Source: the human T2T-CHM13v2.0 reference genome, Homo sapiens
Assembly (NCBI RefSeq): GCF_009914755.1
Contig: NC_060925.1
Direction: 5' to 3' (one strand)
Length of the DNA stretch: 64,000 nt
The notes under the pieces: generated by a model
Seen by the model: the letters and a program-made list of their open reading frames with translations, nothing else
Database searches by the model: none
Told to the model about the DNA's origin: nothing
Program-made: the position numbers and the translations under genes
Part shown: positions 1 through 13,541 of the stretch, in pieces
How the letters are laid out: every line of letters starts with the position of its first letter
Numbering within the stretch: the first letter of the stretch is position 1

Positions 1-830
1 CTCTCTTGAGATGGTAGAAAGCTGCCTTGTCACATTAGGCTGCAAAAGTCGTCCTGTTTCCTCCTTTCTCTAAAAGAAGAATGAAGTTCACCTCTGGTGG
101 CTTTATCTTTCCAGGAAAAGGAAACTCAGGTCTAAAGCCATCCATTTACAGATGAGGACACAATTATAAACTGGGACACTTGATGGCTTTCAGCTCACAG
201 CTCTTGTGGCTTAGGTCTCTGGGTGCCAGGTTCCAGACCTGGACCTGCCACAGAAGTATCGGCTGATCTTGGAAAAATCATGAAACCTGTTTGTTTCTAA
301 TATCTCCTTGGGATACATTTGGTAAACAGTGCTTTGGCTGAAAAGAGTGGATGCTGGCATGAGGAAAATGGAGATCTTAACAAATGTGTAGAATGTTAAT
401 TCTTCCATGTCTTTCTCTTCCTTTAGGTGTTTTTCAGCCCTAGCTATACATTGGAATCAACTGGCAAACTTTGAAAAAATCACAAAGCCTATGCCACAAC
501 CCAGAGGTTCTGAGGTGCAGCCAGAGTATAGAACCTGTAATCTAGGTAATGGCTCTCACTGGAAAACAGCTGTGGCACTGGTATAGGAGCAATGAGGGGC
601 TCACGCAGAACTCCCTGTGTGGGCTCACCTGGCCTTCCAAAGGCCCAGCCTGACCACTTGGGACCAAAGTGACCCTTACTATTAAAGGCTTCTAACATTC
701 ACAGAAAGAAAGTACGTCAAGGGTGTGTGAAATCATGACAGAAGCTCCTCCTCCTAGGAACTATCACAGGAAATTACCCTTTATACCTAAGAATAAAGAC
801 CGAATAGAGAGAAGCCAGCTCTATCCACAA

Positions 831-844
831 CCAACAGATGGCGC
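831..844 (+). promoter_or_regulatory. Candidate CTCF site
   Basis: CCAACAGATGGCGC matches CCASYAGRKGGCRS at 13/14, is followed by TA and retains its CpG. Confidence 0.5.
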
Positions 845-1823
845 TATTGTCCAATGCCCTGCCATTTAGGTCTCTGCCAACCACTTACTCCTTAATACTT
901 GGTAATTTGCTGCATTTGTGCATGATTTTGAAATGTTCTAGAAACATTTTTGACTCCACATATCTGAGAAGTGCAAAAGTAGCAATAATATTAAAAGTGT
1001 TACTTAAAAAAGGAGCATAATTATGACAAAATGAAAGTAGAACCATTTTTAAAATCAGAAGGCAGTGAGAAAATAAAATGTAAGTTTGTACATGCATGTG
1101 GAATTAATTTTTAGACAGTAGGAACAATTCCAAAGGGCAGAGTTGATCATGAATCCTGAGAAAAGTGTTGTGCCTCTGCAACTGACAATAAAGAGCAAGA
1201 GATACGGAAATGAATGAAATGGAAAAGTTTATAGTGTGCGGCTAGATAATTACAATGCCTGATATGTGCTTTATCTTCACCATAAACTATGCAAGTGCTC
1301 TCCTTTCTTTCATCATCACCCAGCCAGCCAAAATCAACCACTGTCAATTAGACTGTTTTTAACTTTGGAGAAGGCTGGGGGTTGTTCTAGAATTTGGAAC
1401 TAAGCATGGTAAAAGCTCTGCTACTTAACTTCTGGAGTAAGTCAGGGACTAGTTCTGTAATCTGAAAGACAATCTATACTCTCAAATCTACGCTACTTCA
1501 AGGTGGCAAGGCAGCCCAGTCTGACACTAACCATAACTTCTAAGGAGGTCTATTCTCTACCACACCTGCAGAAATGGCTGGGGAGAAGGGTTAAATTAAT
1601 GAACTTAAAACATCTTTGGCAAGTGACGCTATTTCTTGGAAAAAAAAAAAGAAAAATAAGACATTTAACTGGTCCATGTTAGGAAAAGATGCTTGGTAGA
1701 ATGTATCAGCAGGAATAAGAGTATGTCTGATTTAAAGCTCTGAAAGTTTGACATTCTGTTATTTACTGAAAGTACACTGGGAAACTGCAAGCTCAGCCTC
1801 TCTAAGACACTTTGAATTTATAG

Positions 1824-2236
1824 TGTATCAGTCAGGATCCAATTAGAGAAGTAGAATGAATAGGACATAAATATTAAGAGATTTATTACAAAGAATTGGC
1901 TTATGTGATTGTGGGGGATGGCTAGGCAAGTCTGAAGTCTGTAGGGCAGGCACTCAGGAGGGCAGACTGGAACTGTCAGGCACAGGTGGAAGCTGCCATC
2001 TGCAGGTGGAATTTCTTCCTCTTCAGGGAAGCCTCAGCTCTGCTATTAAGGCCTTTCAGCTGATTAAATTGGGCTCACCTGGATTATCTAGGATACGCTC
2101 CCTTTGTTAAAGTCTACTAATTATAGTCTTAAATTACATTTAAAAATTCCATTCACAATAACACCTAGATTTGTATTTGATTCTGTAACCAGAGACTGTA
2201 GTCTATCCAAGTTGACACAACAAAAAGACAATCACA
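1824..2236 (-). mobile_element. MLT2-family (ERVL) solo LTR
   Basis: TGTATCAGTCAGG start, GATTTATTACAAAGAATTGGCTTATGTGATTGTGG and CAAGTTGACAC...ATCACA end match MLT2 in reverse. Confidence 0.8.
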
Positions 2237-2548
2237 GGCTAGATGCGGTGGCTCATACCTGTAATCCTACAGTTTGGGAAGCAGAGGCAGGAGGATGGCT
2301 TGAGGCCAGGCATTCAAGACCAGCCTGGGCAACAAAATGAGACCCCATTTCTACAAAAAATTAAAAAAAAAAAAACTTAGCTGAGTATGGTGGCATGTGC
2401 CTGTAGTTGCAGCTACTTGGGAAGCTGAGGCAGTAGGATTGCTTGAGCCCTGGAGTTCAAGGCTGCCGTGAGCTGTGATCACTGCACTCCAGCTGCCTAG
2501 GTAACAGAGTAAGACACTCTTTCTAAAAAAAAAAAAAAAAGAAGAAAA
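2237..2548 (+). mobile_element. AluJ
   Basis: Dimeric Alu with J-type GGATTGCTTGAGCCC, poly-A tail, degenerate TSD AAGACAATCACA/AAGACCATCATA. Confidence 0.92.
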
Positions 2549-2716
2549 TTAAGACCATCATAAATAGTGTTTGGAAATAAGACTGTTTCTGAGTAGAAGC
2601 GCTTCTAGATTAAAAAAAAAAAAAAATCCCGTATGCCCTAGGAACTGGATTCTTTATATAGAAACCACAGATGTCATGGTCTGGGGGATCTGGTGATATT
2701 CTTATGTACATAAACC

Positions 2717-2975
2717 CATTCATTTATTTAGTTATTCAACAAATTTCATTGCATACTTACTATTTGCTAGTCTCTGTAGTAAGTGCTGACACTATAGGAA
2801 CATGATCCTTACCCTCGAAGGCCCACAGACTAGTAGGAGAGACAGAGACACTCTGAGTTCCAATACCTTGTGACAAATGGTAGTTCAGTTGAGCCTCTAA
2901 ACCTAGTTGTGAAATTAAGGAAGAGGCACTTAAACAGAATCTAGACTTAAGCCCAGGGGGATGCAGCATTTAGAG
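2717..2975 (-). mobile_element. L2 3' fragment
   Basis: CATTCATTTATT...ATTCAACAAAT tail and CCCTCGAAGGCCCACAGACTAGT motif typical of L2. Confidence 0.6.
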
Positions 2976-4789
2976 ATGGAGAGAAGGGGTGGAAGAAGAG
3001 TCATCATAGTGATAATCCCAGCCCCAGACCATGCTGACCCCCACAGAGCTGGTGCTCAAGTGGTCAAACATATTGTAAAGGGCCAACTCAGGGAAGACTC
3101 TCCTAGGTCACTCCTACTTTATGTGTTTTTCAGCCTTCCTGTTAATGGTATGTCCACAGCACCTTCAGCCTAGCCTCTAGGTCTTCATGGAGGTGCTGCT
3201 TCAGCCAGAGGTGAGTTTGCTGCCAAAACTGAGAACCTGCACCTGCTCCAGGTGCTCAGAGCAATGGCTTTCTCTTCCCATCTCAGCTTGGCCAGTTCAT
3301 CTGCTTCCCTTCAGAACATCTACCCCCTTTACCCATGTTTTTCCTCCCTTGATGTTTTTCCTCCCTTGACTTCCTTTCAAGTAATCAGGCATGTGCACTG
3401 GTCATCTGCACTATTCGTTAGCCTAGGAATCTATTCTTTTTCAAAATGGATTAAGCAATGTCTTCCCTACCTCCATCTCAGGACAGTGAGGGTAAATGAA
3501 GCCCACTGTGAAGCTCCTTAGAACTGGTACTGCCACACAAAAGTAAAGTACAGGTTGGGTATTGCCATCATCTGTCTGTCTCTATATCTATCCATCCATC
3601 CATGCTGTCTAATCACTCCTAAGCTGTGTGTCACAGAAGGATAGAAAACATTGTTGAATCTATAATACCTAGTACAGTTTCTACAGCTTCTGCACAAAGC
3701 AATTGTTCATTAATTTTCTAGTGAAGACAATGATAATGAGACCATCTGAGGGTTTGGGAGACAGATCATTGCAAACAGCTACACCACTGATACTAGAATT
3801 CCTAGAATGTCCCATCTCCTACCTCTGGCTAATTGCTTCTTTGAGACTCAGTTTAACACACCATCTTTGCTAAGAAAGCCTTCTGTCCTCAGTACCTTAG
3901 TACCAGTACTCATGTCTGAGTTGAGTACCTTCTCCTGCTACCATAGAATCCTCTGCACACTTTGGTCATTTCTCTTACTGTGGTGGACTTTGTCTCTTGA
4001 CATGAAGGGAAGGTCTATGAAATGAGGGATTATGTTCTAATAATATTTATCAGCATGGCTCAATTCCTGGCACAATGCAAGAATGCCATAAATAATAAAT
4101 TAGTAGTATGATGTGTATTCCCTTGATTTTTGTCTGAATATTAGCCTCATGCCATATAGACTGTTGTGTAGAGGAAATATTACTTAGATAGGTGCTTAAA
4201 GATTTCTTTTGTGGCCTTGTCAAATGGGTAGAAAAAATGAAGTCAGGAGGTCTGGGTTGAGTTTTTGACCCTACATTTTCTTAGAGAAGATATGATTCCA
4301 AGCATTGTGCTTCTTTGAAGCTTCTCTTGAGCAGATGTTGTGGGTTTTACTCAGACTGTGTCCCTCACAGGGGCTGGAGACCTAGGAGGTTAGCTTCAAA
4401 CAGGGACAGCAAAATGCACCAACACCCAAGGAACTTCTAAAGGGTTACTGGTGGAATAATATTATCCTTCCATTTGTGTTAGTTTGTTTTTTAAACCTCA
4501 GAGTGTTCATATGTGTCCACAATATTGTGGACTCTTTAAAAGGAGTCAGAATGTCAGAATTTGTTTTTGTATGTCTCGTTTCTAGCACAGAGTAAGCACT
4601 CGGTAAATATTTACTGATTTATATTAATATATCTGTCGAGCATGTACCTTCAAGTTTGGGACAAGGTTCTGATTTTATTGCCCCTAGTTATTGATCCATT
4701 TCTCTACTAGACCATTTCTTTTTGCTCTGAGGTGCCCGGCAACGTGATAACACAGCACACATATGGAATAGCCTGGCCAGGTTACCTCT

Positions 4790-4945
4790 TTAGACAGTGA
4801 GTCAGAAAGACAAAGGCAAAGGAATTGTGAGTCATGCATTCCAGGGAGGACATACACAGCAACGTAACTCATTTTTAATAACGGGCTCAGAATTATGAAT
4901 TAAAGCATTAACTAACACCCTGTGGTGTCCTGGAATGTGACCACC
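4790..4945. promoter_or_regulatory. Enhancer-like AP-1/TEAD/RUNX motif cluster
   Basis: TGAGTCA at 4798 and 4828, CATTCCA at 4837, TGTGGT at 4921, TGGAATGT at 4931, in non-repeat sequence. Confidence 0.45.
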
Positions 4946-6099
4946 AAAAAGTCATTGCCATAGGGGCAGGTCTGGGTTGGTTCAGCAACTTTCAAATGCC
5001 AGCTGGACTACAGGAAGAGTTTGTTGCATTAAGTAATTTATGGGGTGCTACGAAGTTCCTTAAGCTATTATTAAAAACATGCAAACTCCTCCTTGGTTAG
5101 ACCTCTAGTAAGTCAGACTTCTAACTAAGCAGAACTGATAGGCCTGTCTTTTGATGTTTAACGAGTTCTGCAGCAGATGTGAGATGTGATGGACAGGGCT
5201 GTGGTGGTGATTTACTGGTCATGAAACAGAATGATGAGAGCCCTCTCCTGAAAAAAGAAAATGTAGCCAAAGGACAGGTTCCCCCCGGCCCCCCACAACC
5301 CCTGGCCTTCCTCTCCCACCAATCCCTTCCCCTTCTTTCTTTCTGCATGTGTTTTTGATTTCCTTACCCCCCTGCCTCTCAAGACTGGGATCATTTCCAT
5401 TCAGGCACACACAGAACACTGCAAGCTAATTAGCCTTGGATACAGCCACAGGAAGTCAGGCTGCCAAATCCTCTTTCCCCCACAATTCCTCAACTTTCTG
5501 AGCCTGCCTCAGGCCCATGGCCTTGCACTAGGCCTCTCTGTATAAGTTGCCAGTTCTAATTTTGCAATTTCCCTTCACCTTATCGAATATGCCCCAAGCC
5601 TGCCAGTGGATGGAGAGGGAAAGGCTTTGGAGTCAGTCTTGTCCTCTGGACTTTTTCCACCAGCCCCTTCTCTGCTTTCTCCCTACAATTAGGGAGACTT
5701 GTTTGGATACAGTTTCAGTGTTGACTTGTTAATCTGACCTTTGTTAATGCTTTTTAAAGGAGAGCATTGCCCATAATGCAAGAAGCTTGGGAGAGTTCCC
5801 CACTAGGCTCTTCCATCCCACTCACATCCCCAACTCCCAGGGGCCCTGTACCTCTGACTTTTCATAAAGGTTAAACTATTTTCCCACAAACTGTAGATGT
5901 CAGCCCTTCCCTAACTGATTTAGCTTGAGAGCCCTTCACACTTACTGGAATAGGGTGTGAAAGGAAGACGAGGAGAAGAGAGAGGGCTGAGAGGTGGAGA
6001 GTTGATAGCCTGGGCTCTGGGACCCATACAGGGGAGGCATGGCGTGTGGGCTCCTCATAAGGGGCACCACTCTATGGAAGCCCTGAATTGGAGGCAGTC

Positions 6100-6395
6100 A
6101 ATGGTAGTTCTCAGGTCACATCTAAGCCACAAAATAGAAAATTGGTTGCCAACATTTAAAAATCAGAAGATTTCACATAAAAATCCAAATTGCTTGCTTC
6201 CTAGAAGAAAATTAGATCTGGCAACACTGAATCAACGTTCAGGCTTCCATGATACAATTGGCTGAAGCTGAGTAGCTCCTCCATCCTAGAAGTGGAGCAT
6301 AAACTCTCCAGGTCACTAAAGTCCCCACTCCCCACTATTGTCTTACTTGATATTACCTACCTGGCTCATGAAAACATTTGAATTTGCCGCTTGTG
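6100..6395 (+). mobile_element. MER102-like hAT-Charlie relic
   Basis: GTTGCCAACATTTAAAAATC...GATTTCACATAAAAATCC...AGATCTGGCAACACTG...CATTTGAATTTG. Confidence 0.7.
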
Positions 6396-6489
6396 CTCTA
6401 AATAGAGAAAGGGAAATTTAATATTGAATCATAAGATACTTGGCAGGCTAGAAAGTATGACTTTTCCTCTTTTCTATATCATTCAATCA

Positions 6490-6905
6490 CATCAATGTAC
6501 ATACCATGTTAAAGTAATTGCCTGTTGAGTTCTTGGGCTTCCTTCCCTATTAGATTGTGAGCTTGCTGAAGGCAGGGGCCTTGGCTGTCTTGTTCATCAT
6601 TATACCCCCAATGCTTTGCATAGTGCTTAGGCATTCAACACGTTTTTTGACAGAGTTTGTTGATTTGCTTTCTCATTCATCAAACTTTGTTGAATATTTC
6701 ATGCATTGTGCTAGGTATCATGAAACATGTTCATGATATGTGACATGTTCCTCAGTGAGTTCAGAGAGCAGAAAATAAGATGTGCATAAAAGGCACAGAA
6801 TTCAAGAAGTACCAAAAAATGTGCTTTTGTAAAGCAAGTTCTATGGGTGAGCTTCTTAGAGAAGGATGCATTTGAGTAGGCTTTATAGGATGGGTAGGAT
6901 TTGGC
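6490..6905. mobile_element. L2 fragments, two orientations
   Basis: TAGATTGTGAGCTTGCTGAAGGCAGGG L2 3' motif followed by a reverse CATTCATCAAA-type tail. Confidence 0.5.
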
Positions 6906-9050
6906 ATGGTATTCACTTACTTTTTTTTAACCACATACTTTATCTCACCTGTGCATTACAGGGCCCATTTTTTATCTCCAATTTTTATCTCTCTCAGTCT
7001 GCCAGTGACTGAATTATATTAATTTCTAATAGTTGTTAAATGGCTTTGTTGCTGTGTGGTGGAGGCCAGATACTATGGAAAGCCATGAGCTCCAGCCCAC
7101 ATTGTGGTAAGCCTAGCAGAATAGAAATAGATGCATAATAAATACTTCCCATGATAATGGGGAGGATTATCAAAAGTCTTGATAATGATGATAATGAAAT
7201 AGCTTGGGCAGAAGGCGAAAACATTAAATGTACCAAATGTGAAATGCAAAGCAGTAAAATCATCCTGTTTTCATGAGCTTCAATGAAAGAGATGTGCACT
7301 GTCACCTAAGCACTCCATGGGGTGCTTTTCTGGACCTATTGCCACCTACAGTGGCACCTAACACCTAAGCTATGTTAGGTAGCAGAGTTCACCCAATCCT
7401 TGTGAATCAAAGAAGTCCTCTTGCGCTCTCAGTTCAGTACTTGGAATTCCCTTTTCTAAAAGCCTGTTCACTGTAACCATCATTTGCCATTCAGATGGGA
7501 ATAATCTCACGTCACCTTTGTTCATTGGGCCTTGCTCCAGAGAGGCAGGAAAACTATGGTCAGGAGTGTTACAGGGAGGGGAAGGTACTTAACCAGGAAT
7601 ATTTCAAAGAAAATAAATCTATGCCTAACATGTTTTCTTTTACACAAACTACATAGCACTTGAATTATGTTACCATTGATAGAGTGTCATTAAATATATG
7701 CTTAAACTATGATCAAATCATGATGGGTGTCATTAGTAAAATACCACTAAAGGGCAAGTATTTGAAAGTTCAGTATTATTAGTTCAGTAGAAATTAGTAT
7801 ACACAGTTCATGGCAAAATGCTCATTCCAGGAGCCCTATAGAAAGATATCTGCAATAGTCATTATCAATACAATCTTAGACCTCTTAAAAAATCTGAAAT
7901 TATAAATTATATACATATAATAATGGTATAGATATGCTAACTATAAAATGAAAACCTCAGCTCCAAAGAGGCTTGAGTTTTCACATTAGATATTTAGTCA
8001 TCTAAATTCTGGATAGGAAACACTTAACATCTATATTGTGACTCAACCCTCCCATACCCATTACAGACATTGCTAATTGATCACAGAGCTTGTTCCTATG
8101 GTACTAAGAGTTGTCCCTCAAAGACTTTTCAGATTATATTGGCTTCATATGCTTTAAATTTGCATTGTATGGTTAATTTGAACGTGATGATACTTTCAAT
8201 ATATTCCTGCTGGCAAGCTGGGTTTTTTAATAATTTTAATTTGCTAAGATCTTCAGATCTGAAATTTTGGAAAGGGCTCCACTTGTTGAATAACATGCTT
8301 GAATACTTCTATGTTTACAGTAGATGGGAGAGAATCTCAGCATATTTTTCTTCTGGTTTTCATGTGGTCAATGATATCATTATGGCACCCATGGTGGATG
8401 GGGCAAATGTTTACAAACAGCCATAAAAGCTGCGTTGCTTTACAAATATTACAAATGTTTATTAATTTGAGAGCTTCACAGATAGCATAAGTCTATGAAT
8501 GAATGCTCAAAGAAAACTTAAGAAACAAAGATTTTTCAGCACTGTGCTCAGACTGCCACTCCCAACTACTGAACTTAACATTCAAGTTGAAACTTATTTT
8601 CCATCCATAATGTAGATCTTCACAAAAACAAAATGTTTCTGAAGATATATTTCAGGTCACATCAAAGAGTACTTGTAGAGTGCTTAACAGCTCACCTGCA
8701 GTATTCAATTTAATCCACCTAATATCCCTGAATGAAAGATATTAAAATTCCTATTTTACAGATAAGGACACTGAGATTTGAAGGATGATATTAAAGAAAG
8801 ATGGATATTTTACTGCAAGTTAGTTATCTGGTCTCAGAGCCAATAGAGACTTGATTATATGTGACAACTCCAAATTGTCAGGTTATACCAGGATTTATAC
8901 AGCAGAATTTCTTAAATACATCTTACCCCTCACTCTGTTCCCAATTTTACTCTGGTTTTTAGAATCAATCTCTCTCTTTGTGCTTAACCATTATTCCTCT
9001 TTCTTCTTCCTCTTTTCCCACTGAAGTGTGCTCTGTAGCTCTACAGATTA

Positions 9051-9087
9051 TAGCACAAGACTCCATCTCAAAAAATAAAATAAAAAA
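9051..9087 (+). mobile_element. Isolated Alu 3' terminus (~35 bp)
   Basis: CAAGACTCCATCTC plus A-rich tail with no upstream Alu body. Confidence 0.6.
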
Positions 9088-10519
9088 GACTTCTCAAGTG
9101 AAGAGGTAGAGCCCATGCCCAGCCCAAGCCACCAGCACTCAGCTATCTCAGGAAGACAGTTGAGTCCTCACTCTGGTTAAAGCCACTCAAGCTGACAGTC
9201 CATATCCAATAAAGATCTGTGTCTCTGGAATCTTTGATCAGAAGAATTCTGATACAATGCAAATAATTGGTCCAATTTGTCTTCTGGTTCCCAAAGAAGA
9301 TCAGGTAGAATGACCACTTGAAATTAGCCAAAAAACCTCATCTCTAATTACAGGAGCAATTTGGCATTTAGTGATCTATCCCAGCATTAGTTCACAAAAG
9401 ACCCTTCTATGTGTGCTGCACAATAAGATATGATGTAACAAGCTTGGATTCCATAGTACATAGTATTCAAGAAGGACTACATAAAGCAAGTTGCTGAGAA
9501 GGGGTTAACAGCGGTGCAGGTATTACTTTGAAGCATATCATTCCAATAATTGATATGAGCATTAGAGGATTCTCTCTCTTTCTCTCCCTCTAGCCTAACT
9601 AATTTTCAAAAGGCATCAACCCTTAAGATACCATCAATTTTCTTGCCCTGGTATTTGAAATGGGGTACCTCCACAGCTTATCAGTACAGGTTTTCTAAAG
9701 TTTCCATGGTATTCAACCACCAAGTAAAAATTTAGGAGAATACAGTTGTCAAAACCATTGTCACCCTAATAAAAATATATGCTAAAAATACATGTGCTTT
9801 TGATTCAGATCTTAAATTGTGAAGTACACTGGATCTACATAGGTCAAGCTGAGCCACAGCCCAGTGATTTTTGACCTGTATATAATCTATATGATTCAAG
9901 TTTTCACAGTCTTTTGTAGATAACTTAAGGGCTGCACTTTAGCAATGGTGAAAATTGGACTTGAGAATCTACGTGTCTGAAATTCTTCAAAACCTAGGAA
10001 TGACTTTTAAGATGTATCTAATATCTAATCTCATATGATCATAGTGCAGAAATAAAATCTTCCAAGGAGTTATGTTGATTATGAGAAAGTGCTTCTGTGT
10101 GTTCTCCTCAAACTATGTGTTCTTAGTCTCCCCAGAGAACCATGAAATCTGCTTATTTCTTATGTAGTCAAAGAATTATCATGAAATTCTCCTCACTGGG
10201 CAGGAATTTTGTGCTCCATACCTTCTTTCAGTTACAATTCACAGTTAACATACAATAAATAAATAAATAAATAACTGAAATACACATTTTCACTACACCA
10301 TTCATTGTAATAATTGTCATCACCTTCTATAGACTTCTTTGCCTGTGATTAATGACAAGTTGAGGTACTGATTTGGACACTAGCATAGGAAATCTGGGTG
10401 ACATTTGGCTAAATGTACTTGGATTAGGAGCCTCCTGAGTAGTGAGACCAAAACCCAAAGATAATTGTTAATAGTTTATTATTAAATATAAAAGCATTAC
10501 ATTATTGGTGTTCAATCAC

Positions 10520-11107
10520 TGAAATCTTCCCTATAAACTTTATAAAATTAATCAGGGAAGAAGGGAGGGAGATAAACAAAAATAAACAAGCTTGCAGCAC
10601 ATTCCGCATTACTCATGAGGGAAGCCTGCTCTCGGACCTGCTTCCTTACAGTTGTTTGGTGCCTACTGTGCTAGAATCAGGTAGACCCTAGATTATAGTT
10701 CTCCTGAACTGTTCTATAGATAATGACTTGAATATTATGAAACATTACATTTTCCAGTTGAGATATTCCTTCAGTTTCTGTGTACTGATGAAACTACTGA
10801 CTCAGCTGGTCTGAAGGATCCCAAGAGGAGCTGACTCACCAAACAAGGCAGTTTCCACATCCTAATGTTTTCATCCCTGCTTGCCCCAACCAATCAACAG
10901 CCTCAAGTTTCCAGCCCCTCACCCTCCATAATCCCCTTAAAACCCTAGCCAAGGACTCCTCATGGAGATGGATTTCAGAGTCTCCTTCCACCTCCTTGTG
11001 CAGTGCCCTGAGATCGTTAAACTCTTTTTCTACTGCAAATCCTGCTGTCTCAGCGTATTTAATCTGTTACTGCACAGGGGGCATATGAAACTGTTGGTCC
11101 TATAACA
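10520..11107 (+). mobile_element. ERV1 solo LTR, MER39/MER39B-like
   Basis: TG...CA termini, CCCTATAAACTTTATAAAATTAATCAGGGAAGAAGGGAGG start, 4-bp TSD-like TCAC/TCAA. Confidence 0.7.
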
Positions 11108-11380
11108 TCAACAGTAAAGCAACTATAGAGTACTGACCTAGAACACTTACTTCCTTCTTCCTATTATCCCTTTATATCTTACATGATTATATTCTAAGAA
11201 TACCCTCTATTATTGAGGAATAAAACCATACACAGGCATATTGGACACACCTGGCTCAACATTTCTTAAACTGTTTACTCTAATAAAAATGTTATCAAGA
11301 TGGAAAAGATTTTAGTTCAATTTATTCTGAAGTGGAGCAGAAAAACATGGTAACCATGTTACCATCCCTGACAGCTCAGC

Positions 11381-11707
<327 letters not shown>

Positions 11708-12031
11708 TGACTCCCAAAACACCTCTCTGGAACACTTTGGTCTCCATAAGGCATAGTTTGAGGAGCAGTAAGTAGAAAAAATGACCTCTAAAGTTTTTTC
11801 CTTGCTAATACCATGTGGGTTAATACGGACCTGGAGGACAAACCTCTTAGAGGTGCAAAGTGGAGTGGTACTATCACCAACTCCAGTCAACTAGTTCTTA
11901 ATCAACAGAGCAAGACTGGGGAGAAGGATCCAGTCAAGGAGTATGGAAACCTATTCCAGCAACAGGAGGTCCCCCGACCCTCCACTACAGCCCCACCCCT
12001 GAACCCACGGTGTGCAAAACACCTAGTCAAA

Positions 12032-12045
12032 CCACTAGGTGGAGC
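12032..12045 (+). promoter_or_regulatory. Candidate CTCF site
   Basis: CCACTAGGTGGAGC, 13/14 to the core consensus. Confidence 0.4.
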
Positions 12046-12389
12046 CAAAATCTTTGAAAAAGATGCGTGCTGAGTTGTCTGGAAGCATGTGTAACCTTCG
12101 CATGAGAACTGGGTTCCTTGATAGGTTAAAAAGGAAAAAAAAAGGAGAGAGCATTCTGTAATGTCATGAGTCTATATTGGTTTCCGCCTGCCCAGAGATT
12201 ACTTCTCAATTTTATCTAAGCCCTTTGTAAAATTTTGAAGTAAAAGGCCTCAGTATTTAAGTTACTGATTGGGTCCTACCGCCATCTCTAGATTTCTTGT
12301 AGTGTCCGGTTCAGATGCTGGTTTAATAGAAACATCACTCCACAGGCAGAATGTGTGTAAGCAGACCTGGAGATGAGCAAATCCAACTA

Positions 12390-12670
12390 TCTCAAAGTGA
12401 CCATCTAACCTCAGCTGAAGCACCTCTAGGTATATGGAGTCACCAGCACTCGAAGCAACCCATTTCCTTTTCTGCCACATATGTTTATCACACAATTCTT
12501 GCTTTCTATCAAGCCAAAATTTGTTTCCCTGTATCTTCCACTTTTTGTTTCTGGGTCTAATCTCTATATTGTAGGGAATTAGTCTAGTCATCTTAATAAC
12601 AGTCCTTCAAGCATTCAAACAGCCACCATTGCTCCTGGGTGTCTTCGGTTTTCTAAACCAAAATCTCTTC
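12390..12670 (-). mobile_element. L3/CR1 LINE fragment (ORF2 C-terminus)
   Basis: Minus-strand peptide WKIQGNKFWLDRKQ...SIYLEVLQLRLDGHF resembles CR1 ORF2 end (KLQQGRFRLDIRKN...PSLEVFKKRLDKHL). Confidence 0.65.
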
Positions 12671-12964
12671 CTTATTTATTGGTTGTTCCCTTAAACAGAC
12701 TATAATTCTGTTTTTATTGTGACACTAGAATCATCTTCATAGCAACAACTGATATAACATATCAAGGCATTTTTGTCTTGCTAAACAGCAGCAGAGGCAG
12801 TAAACACAGTGTCATCTTAATAATAGTTTAGTAGCTTTAGGTGACTGGAATGCAAGAGACATAGAGGAACCTTGAAAAATCAAGGCAGAGAGTATGGGAA
12901 ATGGAGCTGGGAAAGGCAAATCAGGCCAGGATAGGAAAGGTCACATATTTCTCCTTTGCATTTA

Positions 12965-13540
12965 TCTGTCATCCACCCATCTTTCCTTTTATTCTACCAA
13001 CAAATATATATTGAGCAATTGGCACCATAATAAGCCCTGGGAAGAAAATAGTGAGCAAAACAGACATAGTTCTTGACTTTAGGCAACATGCATTCTAGTA
13101 GAGAAAAAATAGACATTAATCAATAAAATCATATGAGTATATATTTATAAATGGCAGCAAGTTCTAGGAAGTAAAAGTGTAGGCATCTATGAAGGAATGT
13201 AATGGGGGGCTGATCAAGTTGGGCATGGAATGTTCAGGGAAGGCCTTCCTGGAGGAAGGACCATTTCAGCTGAGATGTAAAGGAAAAGAAGTTAGTTATT
13301 AGGCAAAGAGGAGGTGGACAGGGTCAGATGGAGGAAAGCATTCCAGACGGAACAGCATGTACAAAGATCCTAAGGTAGAGAAACTAAAGCAGTGCCAAGA
13401 TACCCTGAGGATGAAGATGAGGGTAGAAGTGGTGAGAAATGAAGTTAGACAGGGGCACGGTTAGGGGACATTGAAGGCCAAGCTAAGCAGTTTAATCTTT
13501 ATTTCATGAACAGCTAGAAGCCATTAAGGGAGTATTATCA
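12965..13540 (-). mobile_element. L2 fragment
   Basis: CAACAAATATATTGAGC, CAGGGAAGGCCTTCCTGGAGGAAG, AACAGCATGTACAAAG motifs. Confidence 0.7.
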
Positions 13541-13541
13541 T

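Noticed and set aside
4515-4532. Perfect 18-bp palindrome GTCCACAATATTGTGGAC
   Set aside because: About 0.24 such palindromes are expected by chance in 64 kb (64000/4^9).
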